NCBI GenBank assembly: GCA_905178155.1
Contig: CAJINV010000025.1
Location: 1-64,000, forward strand
Reading direction: 5' to 3'
Length of the DNA stretch: 64,000 nucleotides
DNA from: Amoebophrya sp. A120
Taxonomy: Eukaryota > Protista > Dinoflagellata
In this document: one piece after another, positions 37,201 through 50,206 of the stretch
How positions within the stretch are numbered: the first letter of the stretch is position 1
Layout: each line of letters starts with the position of its first letter
Notes under the pieces: model-generated
Told to the model about the DNA's origin: nothing
The model's database searches: none
The model's input: only the letters and a program-made list of their open reading frames with translations
Made by a program: the position numbers and the translations under genes

Positions 37201-40200
37201 CTCGTCCCCCGTCTCCACCCAGGGCCAAGGAGTCCCGCAAGTGCCGCAGCTTCATCGAAGCGGAAGCAGCAGCAGCTCCTTGTCGCGGAGCAGCTCGAAA
37301 ATCTCCTCTGTTGCGAGCAAAGAGCAGAGAAGTGGAGGTGGTTCTCGTAGTACTATGTTGAACAGCAGCATTCCTGTCGCCGAGCAACAGAGGATCGTCA
37401 CAGCGCCGCGCATCAGCAGTCGCGAGGTCGTGACCGGCGGTGGCACAACGGCCGTTGCAACGACGTCAAGCTCTCCATCTACTTCCGCTGTGGAGCCTAG
37501 TCTACTCGCGAGCAGCTCGACCAAACCCCGCCCCGCGCGCAAGGTGCAAGGAGTGGGAGCTGGTGCGCCGAGTCCGAGCGGAACTGCAGCTCCTGCATCG
37601 AGTAGCAGTGTCGTGTCTTCTTCCACCTCCTCTGTGCTACGCGAGTCTACCACTGCGACTGGCTCAGGACAACTACAACTACGCGAAGACCGGCTCATCT
37701 CGCACCAGGAACAGCGGGCAAGTATGCACTGCAAATTTTTTGTCCTCTGGGTCTGCAAGGATACAACTCTGTCATGCGTGTGTACTCAAATGACTGTTAA
37801 GTCTGTGTATTGCATTGTGCTTAGTCCAACTTCTATTCACAGATCATGAGTTGTGTCACAACTCTCCAGGCCCAGATCGATATTTGCAGTTGATAGCGAG
37901 CAGGAACATGCAATCTAGCCCGGTCGATCCGCTGTCGCGCCCCATTCAGATCAACGACGAGTTCTACAGAGAAGTAAAAAACTCGACGTCCTCGATATAA
38001 TCCGCTCAGGTGTTACAATCTCAAATCGGTTGCAATGGAATATGGAAATCTGTGATGCAAGAGTGCATGATCTAGCCAACTCTCATAGGGTTGCGCATGA
38101 CAAGTTCCGGAGCCCCGAACCCCACTACGAACTGGAGATATTTGCATTGCAGAAAGTGGAATGGTCTGCGAGTCTGTCATGCTCATGATGCAACACAAAT
38201 TCCAACCTCTATGGTAACCGGTTTGAGACTGTGACGTTTGAGCACGTCATACTCGAAAAGCACCGACCGCGAGGCGGAGGGGAACAGCTGTTCCGTCGAG
38301 GTCGTGCAGATATCAATTGCAAAACTGTCTGGGTCTGGAAGATTCTGAGACTTGTCATGCACCTTTTGCATGAGCCATGATGTCTGTGATGCATGCCGTA
38401 GCGTCACAGATCTTTTGCGGAGTTCTTGATGCCTATTCCGCATGACAAATGGTCTCTCCGCGTATTTCCACCTTGCTCGCGGGCTTGGATGGTAAGGGGG
38501 TTCTGCCACACATAGCGCCCACTGGCCGTACATGCGCGTAAGAAATCGATAGCGGTTCTGCGGTTGCGGTCGGGTGATAGTTAGGAAGTGGATCGGGTAT
38601 CCACCTAGGGGTATTGGCAGAGGCTAAATCTGTTCTAACGCCCAGGTATTGGCAGAGGCTAAATCTGTTCTAACGCCAACCCGCCAGGAGTCAAATGGTC
38701 ACTACTACTACTGCTACGCGTAGCAAAAATCACACCTCCTTTGCTGCTCATGCAATGCAAATTTTTTTGGAATCCGAATGCAGCATCACAAGTTCCATCC
38801 TCCCAGACCCAGACACTTTTGCATTTGATAGCAGATGGTGAGCAGCAACAGCACATCGCCCGTTGGGGACAATGACGGGGGGTGCTTTGCTGCGCTTCCG
38901 TTCCCGAACGGCAGTAAATCGCTCACCGCAGTGACGGCGGACAACTTTGTCAACGATTTGCTGATGGACGGCGTCCAGCAGGCGGGGAAGCAAGTCCGGG
39001 GAGGTATCAAAGTGAAAGATCCCCCCTCCCCATATTGAAACGAAAACTTCTGTTGCTGGATTTGTGTACACAATGTCTTGCAATGAAGCACCACAGGCAA
39101 AGCCTCAGCCTGCGTAGGGGTGTTTTGTTGTAGGCGCTTAGTATAACAGAGGCCTGCCATGTAGGTAAAACAGCATTACAAATCGCCACCACAAGGCGGC
39201 GGATTCTTTGGATTTGCCTTCTGGCAAGACAGACGTGATTTGTGGTCTGAAATCAGCAACACAAATTTGCGGAAACATACCTTTTCGATATGGGGAGGGG
39301 GGATTTTTCCTTTCAATCGGAGGAGCAGCGTCCTTAACGGCGACAAACTCGTCACACGAAGAAAATCTTGCCAAGCTGTCCTACAGGAGCAGTGCTGTCG
39401 TGTCCGTCGTGGAAGTTCTCGGAGTGGAAGGAAGTCCGTCTTCCGTACCTCGGGACATCAGTAGGGCATCGGTTGACCACGACCACGCTTACAACCCGGA
39501 AGAAGATGGTGGCAACAACTTCCGCACCAGCACGATGTCTTTCCGACCCAGCACGAGGCAGCCGAGGTCAACTATCCCACGAAAAAAGTGTTACAGTTAC
39601 ACATTTGTAGTCGACTCCGCAACACAAATTTCTCTGCGTGAGTGAGAAAACTTGTAATTACACAAATAGAACACACTTCAATTCCAAAATAAATCTCCTT
39701 TCTTCCTTTTTTCCTTGTTTCCTTTTTCTTTCCATTCGCACGCAATAATTATCGCTACGGGCCTTGAGCGCTAGCCTAAACCGGCCGCAATTCACTTTTT
39801 GTAATGCAGAAATCCTACGGGAAAACACCGATGAAACGAGGCTTGTATGCATATCCGGCATGACAGAGCTTGTCTGTCTTGCTTGGCCTACAACACAATG
39901 TGTAACTGTAACACTTTTTTCTTGCGATATCAACGGAAGAGCTGCTCGGGAAGCCGGACTACGTCGTGGAAGATGATGCGGGTCATCTGCCGGGTACTGG
40001 TTATAATCCACTGGACCCACGAGCGACGACGATGATCGTACGTGATAGTACAACAGCAGCAGGAGACCACAACCACGGTGGTGATGAGGAGGGCACCAGC
40101 CGAGGAGAAGGAGAACTACTACCTGTGTCGCAGGAAATAAAACTACTCGGCGGGGCAGCACGAGGCGAGAAAGCCGCGTCTTCTAGCCCGATCTTCGACA

Positions 40201-43200
40201 GCGCTGTGGAGGTTTTGCCGCAGGATGGAGAAGAGGGTGTTTCGGTTTCCACCGGGCGAGAACAGCGAGGGGAAAAAAGCAACAGCGACGAAGCATTAGA
40301 CCAAACAGGCCGCGCGAACGCGAAGTCTTCAAAAGCCACTAACTCGCCCAGTGCAGATGTTGAAGGAGTAGAGCAAGTGGCGTCCTCTAGCAAGCAGACA
40401 CTAAGCAAAGAAAGTGCTAACAGTCAAGACAGCGCGACCGCAACGACGCCAGTGGACCCGCGCGAGCTGAAGCTGGAAATCAACCGGTTGAAATTCAAAC
40501 TGAAAGACTCGGTTCGGGTTCGCGACCAATGGAAGAAACAACACACTACCACGCAGCTGAAAATGCGGCAAATGGAGTCCGAGTTGACGGAGCTAAAGCG
40601 CGCGACGTTGACCTCCACCGCGGACCTCCTCCGCGGGACGAGTAATATGGCGGTGGACGATGGCGCACTACCAGGAAACGGTTCTGCGTCCAGTTCCTCC
40701 CAACCTAGCCGGCAGCGCGCGCAAACCGCAGGCGTGGAAAGCACTTCGGGGCTGTTGATGTCTTCTGGGGGTGGAGGTGGCATGGACAACACGAACGACA
40801 GCCAGAACAATTCGGTCTTGTCGGAACAGATCGAGCAGTGGAAAAAGGAAAAGGAGGAACTCGAGAAGGAAAATCTGAAAAAGGAGCAGGCCTTAAAGCA
40901 AGCCATGGAAAAGCTGCAATTGGTTCAGCAGGAAAAGGAAAATCTCGAAAAAACGATGAACGACGTAACGAACGGTGGGAACAACACAACAACTGTGCCA
41001 ACTATGCAAGGAAAAAACTACGTGAGTGTAAGTCTGTGATGCAGAAAATGCAAAACTGTATACACTTGTCATGCCAGACAACCATGAAGTTCCCTTTTCG
41101 TTATGTGTGTTTTGTTCCCTTACAAGCCACGCATGGCAGGTTTTCTCAGTGATGTAGAGCAAATTTGTAATGCTGGCAGCGAAAAGAAAGCTGCTGCTAC
41201 ACTAACACAGGTTTTTTCTTGGATACCAACATCGTCAACGTCCTTGACTTCTCCCACGGACCTGCGTAACCAGCTGATCGCGCAGACCTTCTCGCAGTCA
41301 CAGGCAAGTCAGGGAACAATAAATCTAAGCGGTGCCGCAGCACCTGCTGGCCAAGAACAGGAGGGAACGACAGACGCGCAAACTGCTGCTGGCCTCGGGA
41401 AAGGTGGAATATCAGCCGCCGGTGCAGGAGCACCGCCGCAAACTAAAGGCGCACCAGCTCCTGCACCACCGTCTACTACGAAGGGACCGTCGCTCGGGAA
41501 AGGCGGGCCGCAGAGCGTGCCCGCGCCGCCGCCGGCGATGAAAGGAACCGGCGCGCCGCTCCCCGTGGTGCCGAAGGCGATGCCGATTAAGGGCAAGGGC
41601 AAGGGGAAAGCACAGGAAACGAAAACGAATGGATTGGTGAACATCCACTGGAGACCCGCGAAGGAGCTACCGACCAGCGGTGCTGCTGATCCAAACAAGT
41701 TTTTGGAGTCGTTTCTCAAGTACAATCAAACGCTCGACGTGGAGTGCGACGGCGTTCCCGTGAAACTCGAATTCCTCGACTGCGATGTCGGTACTAATGC
41801 CGGTGCTGGCATCGGCGTCAACGGCGAGGTGCACCCGCGAAGAAGGACCATCTACAGTCTGGAAGTGCCCGGAGCTAGTAGTGCTGCGGCGGCCCGTATC
41901 ACAGGAAAAAAACTGTGTAAGTGTAACTGTGTACGAAGAGCAGCATCACAGATTCGTTTTGCATTACAGGGAAAACCTGTCTTGCGTAGCTAGTAGGTGA
42001 AAACACGTGTGAAAGTGGCCTATGACGCACATCCAGCATGACAATCGTATATAGTTTTCCATTTGCTGCATCACAGATTTACACTCGCATAACTTTTTTC
42101 TTGGATAGTCCCGACTTCGTCCTCCGCTGCCAATGACGAGGACGAGGAGGACGACGATGATGATGAGGACACGAGTTGTAACCCGCCGAGTTCTTGTGTG
42201 TCGAAAATGAAACCGCGGTCTGAATCTGCGGACCCGAGAGGCGGAGGGAACAATTCTTCCTCCTTATCAGAAGGAAAAATCCCCCCTCCCCATATCGAGA
42301 CGAAGTTTCTGATGCTGGATTTGTTTACACAAATCATATTTGTCTTGCTGGCAAGGACTGCAGGCCCATATCAAGCCTGAGTAGACTGGTTTTGGCCTAG
42401 GCGCTTTGCATGATAGACGTCTACTCTGTAAGTCAAACAGCACGACAGACCGCCTGTAGAATGCGGCGGAGCATGTGGAGTTGCCTTCATGCAACACAAA
42501 GACGATTTGTGGTCACAAATCAGCGAGCACAAATTTTCGAAAACGTGCCTTGTCAATATGGGAAGGGGGGATTTTTCCTTTTGATACTCCTCCTCCTCCT
42601 CTGCAAAAGCGTTGCCGGATGACATCCTCACCGAGTATTTTCAGAAGAAGCGCGCGACAGTGGATCTTACCACGATGACGAAGATTCACGCGACTAATTT
42701 CGCGAGCCCCAAGAAAATTCCGGGCACTGGACATATCAAGGGTGGACACCACGCGAACGGCAGTAACAACGGAGGTGGTGTCCACGGCTTCAACGGGGGC
42801 CAGAAGCAAACCGTGCTGCTATTGAAAGGAAAAATCCCCCCTCCCCATATCAAAAGGAAGTTTCTGATGCTGGATTTGCGTATACAAATCAGTTTTGTCT
42901 ATCTTGCAGTAGAGGACTGCAGGCTCCTGCCAAGCCTGAGTAGAGAGCTTTTGGCCTAGGCGCTTAGCATGAGAAACGACTATGCTGTAGGTCCAACACC
43001 ATCACAAACCGCCTGCATAATGCGGCAGAGCCTGTGGAGTTGTCTTCTTGCAAGACAGACGTGATTTGTGGTCTCAAATCAGCAAGGTCGACATGGCGAT
43101 TGTTTGGGGAGGTTCCTAACGGTCCCCTCAGGGCATTGCCTCGTCGCTGACCTGTGGAGAAAGGCGGTTCAGGTCAGCTTCGGGAAGGGTATCCGGAGTT

Positions 43201-45588
43201 GAGTTAGCTTCGGCTTTCTCTTGTGTATTCGAGGGCAGTGGTTGGCGGAGGTTGTTGGGATGTTCCTAAACGGTCATCCCAGAACATTTGTGTTCCTTTC
43301 TGACTTCCTCATTTCCTGTGCAGTATTTTACTGCATATACAGGCGCCACCCTCGTTTATCACCTCCAGGGCTACGTGCGACCCCTCCGACGCTGCGTGTG
43401 GAAGGAGGAAGTTCGGCGTGTTGGGGGTGAGGGACCCCCAACGAGGCCTACGGATATCAAGGGGAACTAAGGCTCAAATCAGCAAGGCAAATTTTCGGAA
43501 ACATGCCTTTTCGATATGGGGAGGGAGAATTTTTCCTCTCAATAGCTGCTCGATGAGAAGCGGATCCGCATGCTGGAAATTCTTCTGCAAAGACAGAAGA
43601 TGACGACCGGTTTGTCGGGGAAAGACAGCATCCGCGCGATCAAAAACGCCTTCCTCTCCTGCGACTACGATTTGGTCCCTCTGGACTCGCTGGTCATAGT
43701 CCGCAACGTGCACATTGTATCACAAGAAAAAAGCGTTACAGTTACACATTTGTTGGAGTTTCTGCATCACAAATTTTTTCCGTGTGGCAGACAAAACTTG
43801 TAATGCAAAGATTATAAGGGAAAAAGAAAATACGTAGGAAACGAGGCTCGCAAGCTTTTCCTGCATGACAAAGGTTGTCTGTCTTGCGGCTCCTGCAACA
43901 CAATGTGGAACTGTAACACTTTTTTCTTGCGATACATCGTCCACGTGGAGCTGGGCGAGCCGGTGCGAAAATTCGTGGAGCAGAATATGGCCTGCTCAAA
44001 CGTTACAATGATCTCAAACGTGACAATAGAATCTGGAATTTGTATTGCATGAAAAGCATGAGGAACGCAGAGAGAATTGAGCTTTTCGCAATACAAATTT
44101 TGCCAGATTTCAGGTGGGTTTGGGACTCCGAAACTTGTCAAATGATGCGCAATCCTATGTATTAGAGTAGGCTAGATCATGCAGTTCTTGCATTACAGAT
44201 TTAAAGACTCTGTTGTAACAGTTGAGATTGTAACGTCTGAGCGGGTCATACAGAACAGTTTGGGGTGTTCCGCCAGCTCCGAGCAGGAATGCATCGACCA
44301 GGAGTTGCTGCAGCTAGACCACTATGGAATGCAAATATGTCTGGGTCTGGAAAGTCGGAACTTGTAATGCTACCTTTCCATTGCTAGGAAATCTGTATTG
44401 CATATACCAACAAAAGTCGCAGCCTCTTTTGTCATGCAAAAACGCAGTTTCTCATACGGAGTTCCTATCAGAAACAGCTCTGGAAAGTTGTCATGCTCGG
44501 CTGCATTCGGAACCGTTTCCATCATCCATATCTTCGCATCACAAGTCTCCAGACATCCAGGGATATTTGCGTTTGATAACCACCCGTTCTGCCACCTGCT
44601 CGTGTGGGAGGTGTGTTGTAAGGTGCCCGCGCTGGAACAGCGGCTCGAGTAAGACCTGCTCAAACGTTACAATCTCAAACGTTACTTACAATAGAATATG
44701 GAAATCTGTGATGCAAGAGGTGCATGATCTACCCTACTCCCACAGGGGTAAACGCATGACAAGTTCTGGAGTCCCAAACCGCACTACAATCTGGTGAAAT
44801 GTGTATTGCAGAAAGTGGAATGCTGTGCGAGTCTGTCATGCTCATCATGCAACACAAAACCCAAATAGTACAGACTCTATTGTACTGACGTTTGAGATTG
44901 TAAGGTTTGAGCAGGTCATATCGAGTGCATGATGTTTGCGTCGAATTTCGAGCAATTTTACGACAACGCCATGCAGTATGATAATGCACAACTGCCCCTC
45001 CCCCTCATTTGTCATGCAAAACACCAAATCCACCCTTTTCTCTTTTGCACTTCTTGCAAGACAGGTTTCAAAAGCCGAAACAGCACTAGAAATAATATCG
45101 GTCGCGAATTTGTCATGCAAAAGCTGCATTCATGCCAGCACTTGTGTTGCTGCATTCATATGCCCTTCAAATGAGGGGGAGGGGGAGATGTGCACTCTCA
45201 TATGCGACGGCTAAACATCGCCTACAACGGGCTCCTGACCATCTACCGAAAGCGCATGTTCTGCGCGCTGTTTTTCCAGACCGCGAAACGGCTGGGGATA
45301 TCAAATGCAAAAATGTCTGGGTCTGGAAGAATGCAAGTTTGTCATGCTTGTCTGGCATGACTCCAGAAGCTGTGTTGCATAGGCAGGAAAAAGCCCTCTT
45401 ACCTGTCATGCAAAAACGCAGTTTACCATGCGGAATACGTAAGACCACATGGCAGCCAAAAAATTTGTCATGCATAGCTGCTTATTGCAGTGCGTTTATC
45501 ATTCACTTTATAGCATTACAAGTTTCCAGTCCCAGACATATTTGCAATCCATAGGGGAACCAGCTGAACAAAGGGTCCAACGTTTCGA
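34289..45588 (+). CDS. Formin (FH1-FH2), segment 1: long S/T/Q-rich N-terminus, coiled coil, proline-rich FH1, first half of FH2
   Basis: 20 introners were removed with one DR each and the frame is continuous. FH1-like APAPAPPS...PAPPPAMKG. FH2 motifs GLVNIHWRP, LTEYF, LLDEKRIRMLEILL, KVPALEQRLECMMF, LGNQLNKGS. Confidence 0.88.
34607..34890. mobile_element. Family B introner (TIR tatcctgagtaaaaacgtcccca...tggggacgtttttactcaggata), ~280-360 bp
   Basis: DR tgtgg/tgtgg. Other copies: 16303-16665, 32208-32501 (tcggg), 35197-35479 (accgg), ~49515-49798, 58975-59356, 60428-60706 (aagga); half copy at 2739-2838. Confidence 0.9.
38465..38716. mobile_element. Insertion nested in a family-A introner
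   Basis: Unrelated ~250 bp flanked by cgcgta/cgcgta, with an internal 33-bp duplication (ggtattggcagaggctaaatctgttctaacgcc) and an (act)n tail. Confidence 0.65.
39573..39929. mobile_element. Family F introner (TIR tatcncaagaaaaaagtgttacagttacaca...tgtaactgtaacactttttttcttgcgata)
   Basis: DR tcaac/tcaac. Copy at 43718-43934. Related variants at 41003-41225 (ccaac), 41897-42107 and 51811-52024 (gcatc). Confidence 0.87.
43088..43472. mobile_element. 385-bp insertion with 15-bp target-site duplication nested in a family-D introner
   Basis: ctcaaatcagcaagg occurs at 43073-43087 and again at 43473-43487. A TSD of this length is typical of target-primed retrotransposition. Confidence 0.75.
44977..45202. 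mobile_element. Family J introner (TIR tatganaatgcaca..cccctccccctcatttg...caaatgagggggagggggagatgtgcactctcata)
   Basis: DR tgcag/tgcga. Removal joins FYDNAMQ-RLNIAYNG in frame. Degenerate relative near 28943. Confidence 0.8.
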
Positions 45589-45854
45589 TATCAAATGTAA
45601 AAATGTCTGGGTCTGGAAGGTTGCAACTTGTGATGCTGTCTTTGGAAGGTAAAAAAAATCTGTATTGCATGACCAGCAAGAGGAGTTCAGTTTGTGCTAC
45701 GCGGAGTGGGCGTTATTTCTTATGCGGAATACGCATCAGAAGGCCCTTGAAAAATCTGTGATGCTACGTCATGCATCACAGACATCATGGGTCATGGAAA
45801 ATATGCATGACAAGCCTGGCAATCTTCCAGACCCCGACATTTTTGCACTTGATA

Positions 45855-48800
45855 TAGTTCCGCTTTGCTCAAATCTCGGTGAGACCGACCGCGCCGGCGG
45901 GGGGCCGAGTGGGCCTCGACTGGAACTGGATTTTTTCATCATCGCATGATCAGATTGCGAATTATGCTGCTGCTGGTTAGTCATTTCCCCGGAACCACGA
46001 GCAGGTGGTTGCAGGTGCTGCTGCTGCTGCTGTCCACCCTCTTCCACAAAAGTTCTCGGTGTCACCGCCCTCTGCGGCGGCCCCGAGAAAACGCCCGAGG
46101 GCATGGCCTTCGTTCTCGCGCTGGAGGATAGGAGTTGCCCCTTCAGCGACTCCTCTTCCTTCGACAGGCGCATCGGCGCTAAATTGCCCTTCGAATTTTT
46201 CCTGCGGTTGGTTGCGACAGAGACGATCTCTTCGACGGGAGAATTCCGCGCGGTATTCGGGCGGCTGGAGGAGGAGGAAGTGGATGGTACTAAGGCAGCA
46301 CCGGCATAAGCCGCATTGTTGCTCGTCCCTGATGAAGCAGCTTTGGTGCTCGCGCCGGATGAAGTGGCAGCACCTCCTTCTGTTGTGCTTCCAGAGGCGG
46401 CGCCGCCTCTACTAGAAATACTTCCGCTCGTCATAATTCCGCCCCCGCGCGTCATTGTGACAAAATTGTTCGTCCGCGGGGTCGTGGTCCGGCTGCTGCT
46501 ACTCGTCTTGCCAGGACGCTGTGAAAACCTTTCGACCACCTCCTCATTCTCCGTATTGCAGCTTTCCCGCTCGCTATCCCGCTCGCTGTGCGAGTTGTTG
46601 TAGTTGTTTTCGTCCTGGTCTTATGCACTGCAAAAGTAATATCGTACTCTGGTTGTACTAATTGCAGGTATGCTTGATAAATGTGCTTCCACCAAAGGTA
46701 AACTAGCAATAGAATGAGAAAGAGAATCTCCATTTCTCATGCTGAGAATTATAAAACTTGTATTCTGCAATTTGTACGTACCCAGTACGGTCCTTTTGCG
46801 ATGCATAGGTCTTCATTGACACTGCTTCGCTTTTTCCACGGCGGCTCGTGCGCGTCGGCCGAGGAGGTGCGGAGGCGGGAGGTAGGCTTGATTGTCTTAC
46901 CACCGTTATTTGTAGTCGACTTCGCTGTCGACGATGTACAACCTGAATTGGCAGCTCCTCCTGCTGCTGCTGCCCCCGACCGATTAGAGCCGCGGTCTTT
47001 CTGAGGATCCGGCTCCTCGCCATTCGACGAAAGCGTCGGAGAAACCTTGTAGCGGTAATCCTGCGACGACCGACTCGGTGGGTGGTAGGACGAGCTGCTG
47101 GGGTACTGCGAGCCCTGCTGCTGTTCGGTCGTGTTGAAGATGTTGAGTAAGTACTTAAGCTGCTCAAGCATGACACAGGGTTTTTCATATGTGCGATGCT
47201 GCATGACAACCTTATAGTTTTTATCAAAAATTCTAGTAAAAAAATACCACATTCCGTCGGCCCGTTCCCCCGCCACCTCCCACATTCGTGTCGCTCGCTC
47301 TGGCAGTGGTCTGCTCTTCCGCACTTTCACTGCTGCTTCTCCGGCGCACCTGCCTCGCGCGTTGCCGCGATTCCTGGCGGGACCGAACGGAGACCGAGCG
47401 GAGGGACGACTTGTGTAGGGCGGTTATGCATTGCAAAAGCATTGTACTAGTATAAATTGCATCACAAATTTTGGCAAGAAGAAAAGTGGCATTTGTAATG
47501 CTGTTTTACATTAGGATTAGACTTGTCATGCATATTTGCAATTAGTACGAGTACGATACTTTTGCACAGGATAGCGGTCGCATAGACTTTATTTCCTTTC
47601 TCCCCGTTTATTTCCACCTCTTCCTCCGTGCTGCTGCGGCCCGGGGGGATGGAATTGGTCGAGTATGACCTGCTCAAACGTTACAATCTCAAACGTTACA
47701 ATAGAGTCTGGGTTTTGTATTGCATGACGAGCATGACAGACTCGGACAGCATTCCACTTTCTGCAATACAAATTTCGCCAGACTGCAGTGCGGATTGGGA
47801 CTCCAGAACTTGTCATGCGCAATCCTATGAGAGTTGGCTAGATAATGCACTTCTTGCAACACAAGTTCCAGATTCTATTGTAACGTCTGAGATTGTAACG
47901 GCTGAGCAGGTTATATCGACGACTTGCTTTTTGGGGGAACCATGGTGGACGCCGCCGCAGCTACGCCAGTGGCACTAGTTCCGGTTGGCGGGGACGAAGC
48001 CGATTTCTCGAGGAACAGCTTCCCAGCACCGGAAGTTGAAGAAGATGCCCCCGGTTGCTGAGCAGACGCACCGTTATTGGAAATGACGGAGCTTCGCTGG
48101 CTGTCCCTCCGGTTGCTCGAGTCATACACGACGATTTGTCCATTGTTACCCGCCGTTGATGTTCCTGCAGTCCCAGCAGCAGCTCCACCACCATTCATCT
48201 CCGAGTTCACGCTCGCCCGTTATGCATTGCAAAAGCACCGTACTAGTATGAATTGCATTACAAATTTCCTCAGCATGAGAAATGCAATTTGTAATGCTGA
48301 TTGACCTTAGGAAAAAGATTTGTATATGCATAACTGCAATTACTACGAGTACGATACTTTTGCACAGGATACCCGTCGATCCAACACGAAATCTGGCCCG
48401 TCGGACAAAAACGAATCCTCAAGCGGGTTGTTGCTGTCCAGATCGTCGTTGTTGTTTCCTATGCTGTTCCGCCTCCTGGTGGCCAAGGCGTTTGCGCTCA
48501 GCTCCAGCCGACTCACGATTTTTTCCCGGAGCGGGCGAAGCCCCGGGCCCTCCAAATCCCGGAACGCCTTGCTGCAGTGGTTGGAAAAGTCGAACATGAT
48601 CTGAAACAGATCCTTGCTCCCGCTCGCCTCACTCGGGGGCGGCCACAAACTTCCCACATCGTCGAAGAAGATACCCAGCTCCTTGTAGGTCTGGAACACA
48701 TTGCAGGCGTACACCGCAATTTGGCTGGCCCGGTCGCGCGCGTTCTCGACGAAAGTGCCCATAACCTAATTTTTCTTTTTGTGGGGAAGATCTTTTTTAT

Positions 48801-49944
48801 CAGTAGACTATGCTTCCACGACGCATGAGAAATGTTGACTCAGTAGAAAGCCGCGCATGACAAATAAAGAGCAGCAACATTTTGTACGTCTTGGAACTGG
48901 TCGTTTTGGTCGTATTCCGTGGGCATCATGGTCAGCCGCCGCTTGTTATCAAATGTAAAAAATGTCTGGGTCTGGGAGGATGGAACTTGTGATGCTGCCT
49001 TTGGATTCTACATAAAATCTGTATTGCATGAGTAGCAAAAGGAGAAGTATAGTTTTTGCTTCGTTTTCATTTCATTGAGACGGGCCCCCAGTGGTCGTCC
49101 TCACGGTGTCATCCTGGCCCTAGGCTGTTTTGGACAGATGTTGGTTGTGCCCAGCAAGATGACGGCTCCGCCCGGGCAAATGTTGGTAATGTGATACAAG
49201 GATAGGGCATTTGTCATCCGGAATAAGCATCAAGGTGCCCTCAAAAGATCTGTGATGCTAGGGCGTGCATCACAGACATCATGGCTCATGCAAGACATGC
49301 GTCACAAGTCTCAGAATCTTCCCGACCCACACACTTTTGCATTTGATACTTGTCCACCTGCACAGAAATCCCAGTTTCCCGGTTTTTGTACTCGCCCGTT
49401 TCCACGACTTTCTCAATTTCCGCGAGCGACTCCACCAACGTCGAGCACTGGTCGTACACCCCAAACGCGCGGACGGTTTTCGCCAAGTCTAACCTTCGCA
49501 TGTCGGCCTGTGAGAATCCTCAGTAAAAACGTTTCCACCCCATAGTTGTCATGTAGATTTGCATCTACAGAAACATTTGTGATGCGGGTCCCCATGAGAG
49601 GCATTTTTTCTAGTCGTGTTTTGGAATTTGCAATGCTGAAAACAGAGTCAGCAGATGGATATGTGAGCCACGGCTGTCCTTACGGCCCTGCACTACACTA
49701 CGGACTGCAACTTGTCATGCGTGGCTCCCAAAGCTTCTAGATTTGTGTTGCTAAGTTCCCACCCTGACTATGGGGTGGGGACGTTTTTACACAGGATAGG
49801 GAAAACATTTGGTTCTCCTCCGTGATGTTCATCAGGCAGAGGATAAAATGGTACAACGTCGCCCGCGGCTCCGCCGACGATTTCGTTTGCGCGAGCTTCT
49901 CCAAGGCCGACAACTCGAACCCGGTTTGGTCCTCGATGGTCGAA
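45855..49944 (-). CDS. Formin segment 2 (inverted): second half of FH2 and low-complexity tail
   Basis: Minus-strand exons read TIEDQTGFELSALEKLAQTKSSAEPRATLYHFILCL, DMRRLDLAKTVR, DQFQD|VMGTFVENA and YKELGIFFDD...DLFQIMFDFSNHCSKAFRDLE. Contains six introners and one GT-AG intron (48766-48887). Confidence 0.9.
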
Positions 49945-50206
49945 TATCAAATGTAAAAGTGTCTGGGTCTGGAAGAATGCAAGATTTGTGATGCAGGTTT
50001 TCCATGACCCAGGAGGTCTGGAATGCGAGACCCAGCATGACAGATTTTTTGAGGTCTCTATGATGCCTTTCCTGCATGAGAAACTCCCTCTCAACTTGGT
50101 CAAAAGCGGACAGCTTTTGGTACTCACGCAACACAGATTTGTGCATCATTCGGATTTAGCATGACAAGTTCTAATCTTCCAGACCCAGACATTTTTGCAT
50201 TTGATA

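Noticed and set aside
45769-48762. Independent convergent minus-strand gene
   Set aside because: The exons encode the missing second half of the FH2 domain, and the boundary DRs pair reciprocally with the plus-strand segments.
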